A stretch of 64,000 nt of DNA from the human T2T-CHM13v2.0 reference genome, Homo sapiens. Below the pieces are notes generated by a model that searched no databases, was not told where the DNA came from, and saw only the letters and a program-made list of their open reading frames with translations. The DNA is taken from assembly GCF_009914755.1 (NCBI RefSeq), contig NC_060946.1, one strand, 5' to 3'. Below, piece after piece: positions 53,681 to 64,000 of the stretch (positions are counted from its first letter, which is position 1; each line of letters begins with the position of its first letter). A program made the translations under genes and the position numbers.

Positions 53681-54394
53681 GAATGAAGAAATGCTGAGCA
53701 CTTAGCAGCAAGATACCAGGAGGTCAGAACCAATGCCCAGCTTCATGGACTAGGATATTTGTGAGATATTAGCCATTGCTTTCACCCTAGCTAAACTTTG
53801 CATCCTCACAAAAGAAAATTTGCTTCTCTATGAGTCTACCCCTCCAGCATATGAGGTGAGGTTCCCCCTGCTCTCTGTGGGGACTATCTCATCTCCAGAC
53901 CCTCCCTCTGTCCCCCACCCAGGAGCTGCCCTCTCTGCTGAGATGCCAATACCCATCTTTGACTCATCACAGTCTTCCACGTTGTCTGTTATTTTCTAAA
54001 TGTTGTACCCTGGATCCTTCAAAACTCATACTTTTAAGGCTCAAAAGCCAGACTCTAGTGACTTAAAATAAGCTTTTGAAATCCAAAAACCACATACTTG
54101 ACTCTCTTATCCTCCTCTTGTTGTAACATCTATCCCTGAGGCAGAAAATACAGAACACCCTGTGGCTGCCTGAACGGAGGAAGGATGGGGGCGGGGAGAC
54201 ATCGGTCAATGTATCAAAGCATCTCTCTGCCTGAAAGACCTCTCCTGAAAGACATGAGCTATTAGGAGCTCTGGCAAGGGCTTTGTCTTATCCTCCTTGC
54301 TATCCCTGATGACTGGGCAAAACAGTAGCTGCCCTGATTCCATGAGACAGAAAGGGGTGACTTATTTAATCCCAGAGCCACGGAGTGGAGGCCC

Positions 54395-54580
54395 CGGGAG
54401 GCAATTTAAGGAAGGACTTTGAGCCAACAGAACCATGCAGAGATGCAAGGGGCTGCTTCACTAGGTGGTGAGCCCCCTGTCACTGGAGGCAGACAAGCAA
54501 AGACAGCTTGGCAGAGACACTTGAGTGAGGATTCAAGTAACAGATGGGTAGTCAGTCACCTGGAATCTGACCTCTAAGAG
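54395..54580 (+). mobile_element. CR1/L3 LINE 3' relic
   Basis: GGGCTGCTTCACTAGGTGGTGAGCCCCCTGTCACTGGAGGCAGACAAGCA resembles the L3 3' consensus. Confidence 0.65.
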
Positions 54581-54699
54581 AATTGGGCAGTGTCTCTTTT
54601 TGCTACTCATTTGATCTTCTTCAATGCTTAGCACAATGCACAGGTCTCAAAACACTTAAAATACTCTTGGCTAACATCCAAACCCCTTTGTATAATCTC

Positions 54700-55152
54700 C
54701 ATTGTCTTGCAAGTGTGATTCCCACCTCCCATTCCAAACCCATTTCCACTCACTCCTCCATTCTCTCCAGCCACCCTGTTCCCTCCTCAGGGCCTTGCTA
54801 ATGCTGTTCCGCATGCCTGGAATCCTCTTCCTGCAGATCTAGGTACAGCCAGCTTCTTTTCAATCTTCAAATCTCACGGCAGATATTATATTCCCTTTGC
54901 AAGGAAAGCTTCCCTGATGACTTGATTTAAAAACTCCTTTCCCACCCCATCCCTCTCTCTGTCATGACCCTGCTTTCTTTTTCTTTGCTGCACTTACCAC
55001 CACATGAAATGATCCTATTTGTTTATTCCATCTCTCCAACTACAATGGAAGCTCCCCACAGGGTAGGAACTTTTTCCACCCGTTCACTACTATCTCAGAG
55101 CTTAGCCCACTGCCTGGCACATAGTAGATGCTCAATAAGTACTTGCTCAATG
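54700..55152 (+). mobile_element. L2 3' end
   Basis: CCTCAGGGCCTTGC..GCCTGGAATCCTCTTCC; TGCCTGGCACATAGTAGATGCTCAATAAGTACTTG. Confidence 0.85.
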
Positions 55153-55155
55153 AGC

Positions 55156-55530
55156 TGTATTCGCTGGGGTAACATTCGATGCTCTAACAGGTAAGCCCTA
55201 AGTTCTCAGTGGCTTAACACAATCATTTTGTTCTCTGCCTCTGAAGGCCACGGAGTGTTTCCCATCAGTGGGCATCCATCCCAGGGCCCAGGCTACTTCC
55301 ATTTTGTGGCTCTTCCATCCTCTAGGATGTCAGAGTCTCCTCCTTCCAACTGCAGTTGGACAAAGAGAGAAAGTGGAGGATTGTGGGAGTGGGGGGTGGT
55401 TTATGGGCCAGGCCTACATGTGGCTTATGTCACGTCTGCCTCCATGGGCCAGAACTCAATCACACAGCCACAGCTAAGAGCAAAGGAGACTGGGAAATGA
55501 GGCCTCCTTGTGTGCCAAGAAGAAAGCGAT
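55156..55530 (-). mobile_element. MaLR LTR, MLT1J-like
   Basis: CTCAGTGGCTTAACACAA..TTCCATTTTGTGGCTC..GGCCAGAACTCAATCACA..GCAAAGGAGACTGGGAAATG. Confidence 0.75.
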
Positions 55531-56139
55531 TGTAGTGAAGAATCCGTCTCTGCCCCAGAGGGAATGGACGAATGAACAAATGGAATGATCTCTCACATAC
55601 CTTCCAACTCAAGATCTCGTAAAATTCCAAGTCCTGCTGGTCCTGGAAATCCGATGCCAATTGCTGCCTGCCCTGTTTCATCTCCACTGTCGGAATAACT
55701 GAAGGCAAGGGCTCAGGGCTGGAAATGTGCAGCCCCAGGGACAGACAGAAAGAGCTGCCAGGGCCTGCTGGCCCCAGATAAAAGCAGCCCGAGAGATCTG
55801 GGCTTTCCTGAGAGACACCTGTGTGGAACAGTTCTCACTCCTGCAGAGCAAGGGGGAATTGAATCCATTTGCTCAGGATGACTTCATACTGGGTTCTACC
55901 TGGGATACAGCAGACTTGGGAAAATTGGGGGCAGCCCTGGGGTCCCTGAAGGGCCTCCAGTGGAATTTAGCTCCATAGGCATCCGGAAGCATGTATTAAG
56001 TCCCTTCCTTGTGCTACTTCTTTCTCCAGTGGTGGTTAGTACGTGGGAGTGCTAAGAGCAGTGCCTGGCACACAGTAAGCACTCAATACTCAATAAGTGT
56101 TTGCTAACATGAGCTTTTCCACCTTCACAGTGACTCCAT

Positions 56140-56420
56140 GCATTCATTCATCCACCTAACATTTTTGCCCATCCCTGCCCTTCACTAGGTCCTGGAAACG
56201 CAGCAATGAACAAGAAAGACAGAGTGGGGAGTGATAAAAGACATCAACCTTGCCCTCACAGAGCTCCTGCTCTGGAGGAAGACCAACATTACCTAGGAAT
56301 GGCTCTAACAGGAGAAAAACTGCACGTGGTGTGTGCTGCTTTAGAAGAAGGTGCTGGAGCTCTAGGGAGAGCACCTGGGGGCTTGACCTGGCCTGCGTAG
56401 GGGAAGGGTCAGAAAGACAC
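56140..56420 (-). mobile_element. L2 fragment
   Basis: CATTCATTCATCC..TGCCCTCACAGAGCTC..GGGAGAGCACCTG. Confidence 0.6.
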
Positions 56421-56899
56421 TCTTTGTCTTGCCCTTCCTGATCCTTCACACACATACCTTGGATCTAATCTGGGGTGCCCCTCCAGCAGATACGTTCTCC
56501 TGGACAAACATTTCTCCCTGGTATGTGCCCAGAACCAGCCTGAAGCTGGGGATCTCAGCCCACGCCAGTACCCATGGCCTGGTCCTTTCCTGCTGTGTGG
56601 CCGTAGCTAGGCTGGAATGGGGGAGGACTCAACCCTGGGAGATGCAGGGGCTGCAGGTTGTGGGGTAGAAAGTGAGGGTGGGGCTCCATGCTTCCTGAAT
56701 CTTGATCCAAGATGAAGATATCCAGTCCAGGGCCCTGGTGAGGAAGTGTCCAGTGGTCTCTGATTTGTGTCTCCCTGAACACACCGAAAGCTAAGTCTTT
56801 TCCTTGGTGCTGTCCTGTGCACATCCCATGGGGTTAGCTCAGCTGGTGGGGACCCCAGCTCCTCCCAAGGGGCCCACATCCCTAAACCAGGCTCCCTCG

Positions 56900-58060
56900 A
56901 GCCTCTCTCTACATTTGCTGATGCTCTGCAGAACGTTCTGTGCAATTGTTTGAATATTATCTTGTCCTTGGTTTCATACAAGTGTTACCAAAATGAGTGA
57001 AGACCCGACACCCGGAAGCGTTTATCCCCAGAGGAAGAAGGACTGGTCTCATAAACCTGGTATGTTGGAGACCAAGAAGGAAACTGCCCAGAACAGGCCA
57101 GAAGTGGCAAATCTTTCACCTTAATCAGCTGCTTATTGGATGAAAAGTCACCCCGATAAATGTTCAACTGGGAAGGAAAAGAGCTAACGAAATGGACATG
57201 TGCCAAATTCTGGAAATAGACCATCAACGACCGTGCCTAAACAGTTTACTCGGAGACTTGATCATCTAGTTTAGCCCTCCAGGGATTAAATGCTCACCTC
57301 TTTATAACACAGGGGACCAATGCTCGATTTCCACACATTTGAATTTCATAGCATGCATGCAAATCTGTAATGCACGAAACTGGGTGAGGCGGAGGAGTTG
57401 CAGTGTCCTCGGCACAGCGCCTCCTTGGGGCTTGCACTGGAGCTGCCTGGAGCCCGGGGATCCCACAGGTTAATGAGTGGGACCAGGACCCGGCCACCAG
57501 CCCCTGGAAAATCTTCCCCAGGGAGAAGGCCACCAGATCACAAGACCCCAAGTCCACCCCCAGGAACGAAGGTCAGCCTGCCGCTCCCTCCAGTCTGCAT
57601 CCAGCCCCAGGAGCAGGTGACGGGGGCATCTGACCCTCCAGAAGCCCCCTAGAAATGGGGGGAGGGGACATTAGATGGAGTGCAGCACAGCCCATTGCGT
57701 CCTCCTCGGGAGGCCAAGGGCACCCAGGACGTGGAAATTAAAAAGGAGGAGGGGAGGCCCAGCATATTAACCTCCTTAATCTTTCATTTCTGACACAGAT
57801 TGTGGTCCCTCATTTCAAAGAATTTCAAGCTAATGTCTGGAGGGCAGAAAAATCTATTTCCCAATACGCGCTGCAACTTTTTCGCCAATCGACTGCCCTT
57901 CCTGGTACAATCAGCCGAGCATTGATTTTTTTTTCTTTCTCTCTCTTTTTTTAATGCTAAAGCATCATCCAAAAATATATCAATAGGAACAACATCTTTG
58001 AAGAAAATACCAGGAGGCCCAGGCTGCTTCTTCATTAACCCCAAAGCTGCCGGCCTGAGA
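56900..58060. promoter_or_regulatory. long repeat-free block, candidate enhancer(s)
   Basis: octamer at 57357-57364, EBF-type TCCCCAGGGA at 57515-57524, TCF-like TTCAAAG and CTTTGAA, many TAAT/ATTA cores. Confidence 0.35.
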
Positions 58061-58261
58061 TGGGGCCCAGGAAGGGGCTGCTACTGGGAGACCCAACCTG
58101 AGGGACACACTTGTGACACTTCCTGGAATGCTGGGCTCTCTCAAGATGTGTGGATGTCAGCATCTTTTGTCCTTATGTTAGAATCCTTTAGAACTGGGGC
58201 CAGTGAGGTTATTTCATTGTAAATGAATTAACATTCGATAAGATTTAAAATTCAGTGCTTT

Positions 58262-58900
<639 letters not shown>

Positions 58901-58901
58901 A

Positions 58902-59205
<304 letters not shown>

Positions 59206-60019
59206 AATTCCTCAGTCAAATGAGCCAAGTTTCAAATACTCCATGGCCGTGTGTGGCTCATGGCTCCCTCATTGGACACCGCAGGCCCAGAACAGCTCCA
59301 CTGTCATAGAAAGTTCTAGAGAATAGGGCTGCCTCAGAACAGGGCTCAGCACACTTTTTCTGTAGAGCCAGTGTTCTGAAAATGCTTCATATCTTGATTT
59401 CAGTGATGGTTTCATGGGTGTAACATGTAATATTTGTGCTGTATATAAATTGTGTATATATATATTACTGTATATAAATTATGTCTCCATGAAAAGAAAA
59501 AATATCTTTAGAAATCTTAGATTGTCTTAGGGAGATACAATGCCTGGAAAGTTCGAATCCTGCAGGATCCCTGAGCGCATCCTTACCCCATGGGACCCTA
59601 ATGGGGTTTCAGAGGCCTCCAAAGAGGGAGGATGCTGGGCAGGGGGCTCTCATTCATAAACCCCTTCCCCAGATTGGTATCCTTTATAAGAGTTCTAGGG
59701 GCCGAGAAAGAGTTTAGCAACAACAGCAATGGAAAGGTCAACTCTGTCTGTTTCCTGCTTTTAGGAATGTGAAAATTCTTGAGAAAAGTAGGAGGCAGAA
59801 CCCGTGGGAAGAGGGTACACGACGGGGATGGGGTATGTGGGAATGAATGAGTGTGGCGGTCTCGCAACCCTAATTCCCACTTCAGTCAGGGAGGCTCCCA
59901 TGGCCTGTATTTTGCACGTAGGGTTTCTGAGCAATAAGAATTCACTCATGGAAAGCTTCGGCTCCGTTTCAAAAGTGTACACACCACTGCCTTTTAGTCT
60001 TGGCTTTTAGCCCAAAACA

Positions 60020-60230
60020 AGCAGTACAGTGGACAGTTAAAGGCATCACGCTGTGGAGCCAGAAGGCCAGGTTCAAATCCCAGCCCCAGCTGTGTGAATT
60101 TGGGGAAATCTCTTCATTTCTCTGTGCCTCAGTTTTCTCCTCTGTAAAAATGGGGATAATGATAGGACCCAACTCGTGGGTTGTTATAAGAATAAGAAGC
60201 ATTAACTCTTAGGAAGCACGCTGAACCAGA
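60020..60230 (+). mobile_element. MIR SINE
   Basis: GGTTCAAATCCCAGC..CTCTGTGCCTCAGTTTTCTCCTCTGTAAAAATGGGGATAATGATAG. Confidence 0.9.
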
Positions 60231-60774
60231 TTGAGCATCTCCTGTTTGTTTGGGGTCTGTCTAGGATGATACCTTCATTCATTCCTTCAACAAGCTTGCG
60301 TGATGGAGACGCCAGGCCTTGGGAAAGAAGGCAGCCAGGCCAAGTCATGACAAACATCCCTCTTTCCCTACCCCAGGTCACACCTGTCTCTCACCTTCCG
60401 GCAACCCCACCTTCAAGTCCTTCCTGCTCCACCAGGCAGGTCCCTGGAGCTCGGCCTGACAAAGGCTGTTGGCTTATCAGGACACCCAGGCCACAATCCA
60501 GAACTGGCTCTGACCCAGGAGCCACCAGTGTCTGATGTCCCCATGTCAAAAAGAGAGGCCACACTGTCCCAGACCTGGACTGGCTGTCCTCAGTGCCCTG
60601 TTGCACAGAGCCCAGACTCCCTCTCCAAGAGGCGGGATCCTACTCCTTGACCCCCTACATCTGGCGGAGATCCCGCTCTGGGGCATACAGGCAACCTGAG
60701 GCTCTGTCCCCATAGATGTTCACCTGTTCATCCAACCTGGTGGCTTCTTGCCCCGGGAAGCCCTCACCTTCAGT

Positions 60775-61200
60775 TAGTCACTCACTTAACGACTATTTTT
60801 AGGACAACTACTTTGTGCTAAGCTGAGTCCCCGAGGCTGGAGACATAAGGAACAAGAGAGACACAGTCTGCCCTCATGTAGTTCACATCTAGTTGAAGAA
60901 ACAAGCAATAAACAGGTAGAGATCATTTCACCTGGAGATCAGTTCAAAGAAGAAAATAACTCAACAGACTGGAAGCAGGTGTGGTCAGGGAAGACTTCCT
61001 GGAGGAGGTGACAATTACACAGAAACCTGATAGATAAGAAGGAGCTGGACACAGGAGGATATGGGTGAAGGGCATTTCAGGCAAAGGCAAAGGCAAAGCC
61101 ATGTGCAAAGGCCAGGAGGTGGGAAAAAATTAGAGAAAGAGGAAAAAGGAGCAGAGTAAGCTAGGAAGCCAGTGGTCAGAGGTGAGAATGGCCAGTGCCC
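60775..61200 (-). mobile_element. L2 fragment
   Basis: CTGCCCTCATGTAGTTCACATCTAGT; GTGGTCAGGGAAGACTTCCTGGAGGAGGTGAC; TGTGCAAAGGCCAGGAGG. Confidence 0.85.
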
Positions 61201-61484
61201 ACCAAGCCTCAGCACACCTCTGTCCTGCTGGCTCAGTTGAAACCTTCCCTTGATCTAGAAATATACAGCTACCACTGATCACTGACAGAGCCTGGTGGCT
61301 ACCGGAGCTGCAGAGGTCTATGCTCAAATCCAGCCTCAACCTCCTCCCAGCTGAGTAACCTCAGGCCAGGGCATGACCCTCCTGGGCCTCAGTTTTCTCC
61401 TTGGAGAATGGGGGCCTAGTGGGGTTGCTGCAAGTGTCAGGGAATGCATGTAATGGACTTAACTCAGTGCCTGGCACGCAGTGA

Positions 61485-61700
61485 ACGATAGGCCGACGTT
61501 GGCCAAGCCAGAAAATCCGTCTGCCCTGACGTCAGGCAGGGCCTAATTATAGACACCCAGAGGTCACTTTCAGCCTCTTGTGACTCAGAGGCAGTGCCAG
61601 GCAGCAGACAGTGGGAGGGACAAAGAATCAGGCCGGCTCGACCAATGCAGAGCCACAGGGGAGTGCCTCCGTTTCCCTGTCTATTAACCAGAGATATCAG
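61485..61700. promoter_or_regulatory. candidate CRE/AP-1 inducible element
   Basis: TGACGTCA at 61527-61534, CTAATTA at 61543-61549, TGACTCA at 61581-61587, CCAAT at about 61642. Confidence 0.4.
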
Positions 61701-62189
61701 TGGGACCTGCCTCCCAGGGCTATGAGAAGACTCCAAGTTGGGCCTAGTACTTCATAGGAGCTCTGTCAACCTCCACAGTCCACAACTGCACGCACAAATG
61801 GAAAAATCGTTGTAATTTAGATAAATTTTCCCTTGAGGCTTTCTTTCTTTTATTCAACAAATATATGCTGAGCCCTTTGGTGCATCTGGCTCTGTGTTAA
61901 ATACAATGTGTACAAAAAATGCCCGCGACAGCCACTGAGGGTTTACAGAGCCAATGAAGAGAGTCAGCAAGGTTACAGGGGCATATTTAATGTGCTCAAA
62001 GAACAAACTAGAGGTTCCAGAAAGAACCATTCTTCTTTGTTCTTCCACTGGTTTGCTTATTCAGCCTCACAGCAGCCAGGCCTTGTCCCACAGGCCTTGG
62101 TGTCTGAAAATTTGCTGGGGCAAGTGGAGAATCCTTTACCCCGTCCCTGCATGTGGGACCCTCTGGTGTGACCCTGGCCTCCAAGAGGA

Positions 62190-62360
62190 CCGTGTTCACC
62201 TTGAGATCTGAGTTCAAGGCCTGGGTCTGCTCCTGCCTTGCTGTGAGAACTTAGGCAAGGCATGGAGCCATGCTGTGCCTCAGTTTCCTCACCTGTGCAT
62301 GACATGAGTGATGGTAATAATGAAAATGCCCTGTTGGGGCTATTTAGGGGTTAGATGTGG
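62190..62360 (+). mobile_element. MIR SINE
   Basis: CTGTGCCTCAGTTTCCTCACCTGT. Confidence 0.8.
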
Positions 62361-62374
62361 TCACAGGGACGGAG

Positions 62375-62472
62375 TGCTCTGTGTCCAGTGCTCCAACGGG
62401 AATCATTGCTCTGTGTCCGGCACTCCAACGGGAATCATTGCTCTGTGTCCAGTGCTCCAACGGGAATCATTG
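62375..62472. repeat. 32-bp minisatellite, 3 copies
   Basis: TGCTCTGTGTCCAGTGCTCCAACGGGAATCAT at 62375, 62407 (3 substitutions) and 62439. Confidence 0.97.
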
Positions 62473-62492
62473 TCGTTACCCTCTGTCTAGGG

Positions 62493-62717
62493 CAGGGCCG
62501 TCCCATTTTTTGGCTCCCTGGGCCACATTAAAAGAAAAAAATTGTCTCGAGCCACACATAAAATACACTAACACTAATGATGGCTGATGAGCTAAAAAAA
62601 AAAATTTGCAAAAAAAAACTCATAATATTTTAAGAAAGTTTACAAATTTGTGTTGGGCCTCATTCAAAGCCATCCTGGGCTGCACGCGACCTGCAGGCAC
62701 CAGGTTGGACTAACTTG
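62493..62717 (+). mobile_element. MER30 hAT-Charlie MITE, complete
   Basis: GCCACACATAAAATACACTAACACTAATGATGGCTGATGAGCT core; perfect 8-bp TSD GTCTAGGG (62485-62492, 62718-62725). Confidence 0.93.
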
Positions 62718-62899
62718 GTCTAGGGAATGATGCAGCCTCCAGCACCAACATCGCCCCTGGCTCAAGGAAAGGAGACATACCCTGTACACACCCCCAGCTC
62801 CAACCCACTCTTGGGTCACTACCCAACTCTTGAGTCATTTCCAGGTCACCCCTTGGAAATGAGGGTGCTGGACTAAGTAGAGGTGACCACCACGGATTC

Positions 62900-63317
62900 T
62901 TGCTTTCCTTCCAGAGTTTTTCTTGGGCAGCAGTTGATCATGCATGGACTACATTTCCCAGGTTCCTTTGCATCTAGGTAGGGCCATGTGACTAACTCTG
63001 ACCAAAAGACTGTGAGAAAAAGTGATGTGCATCACTTCAGGGCTGAAATGATTAACAAGCAGGTATGTCTCCTCGGTCTCTCTTTCCCCACCTGCCTGCT
63101 GAATGGAACAGAGTTCAAAGTAAGTGTTGAAAATGGTAGAGCCACAAGATAGAAGGAGCCTGAGTGCCTGAGTCACCGCATGGAGGCAGATTGCCCAACC
63201 AGAAATGCCAGCAGTGGGTTGTAACATTAGTGAGAAATAAACTTATACTGTGTTAAACCACTGAAGTGACAATTGCATCTGTTACAGCAGCTGGCATTGC
63301 CTTCCTTAACTATCACA
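62900..63317 (+). mobile_element. MaLR LTR, MLT1I/J-like
   Basis: GACTACATTTCCCAG..GGCCATGTGACTAA..GTGAGAAATAAACTT..TGTTACAGCAGC. Confidence 0.8.
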
Positions 63318-63404
63318 TATACATTATACCTTTTTTTCAGTTGTATATGCATTATCTCATTTAACACTCAGCAAATTTCTAACACCAATGTGAGGTACTG
63401 ATCT

Positions 63405-63927
<523 letters not shown>

Positions 63928-64000
63928 TAGATATTTCAAGCCTTGATCTATAAGTGATGACAATGAAGCTCAGAGAAGGTCCATAACTTGGCCATGCTCC

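Noticed and set aside
54100-54310. Apparent GATA cluster (erythroid enhancer)
   Set aside because: The sites read GGATAA, GGATAG and TGATAC, not canonical WGATAR.
54455-54475. CTCF-like TCACTAGGTGGTG
   Set aside because: Mismatches at key positions and lies within an L3/CR1 relic; similar weak hits near 26630 and 40360 were also dropped.
62375-62472. CRISPR-like 32-bp repeats
   Set aside because: Head-to-tail copies without spacers, no cas genes, and a primate context.

Overview
This is primate (very likely human) non-coding genomic DNA from a GC-rich, Alu/MIR/L2-dense region. I cannot name the locus from sequence alone. I found no supportable protein-coding exon, RNA gene, pseudogene or CRISPR array: the long ORFs trace to Alus, TG/GGAT/purine low-complexity tracts or GC-rich sequence. 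A large part of the window is interspersed repeat: about 26 Alus (J, S, Y), many MIR and L2 relics, old L1M 3' ends, MaLR LTRs (MLT1, MST), hAT-type MITEs (MER53, MER91A, MER33, MER30, MER5-like) and a CR1/L3 relic, often nested with readable target-site duplications (TSDs). Repeat-free islands between them carry retained CpGs and dense developmental transcription-factor motifs (PBX-HOX+MEIS, tandem octamers, PAX3/7, paired proneural E-boxes, CRE+AP-1). This suggests an enhancer landscape of a gene desert or large intron. The most unusual structural signal is at 44.7-48.5 kb: two chained, about 95% identical short copies inserted about 1.5 kb upstream of their donors (one flanked by a 13-bp direct repeat), plus a fold-back insertion in a nearby Alu, clustered around a G4/polypurine tract. 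Repeat subfamily calls are from recalled consensus sequences, and boundaries without TSDs are approximate.
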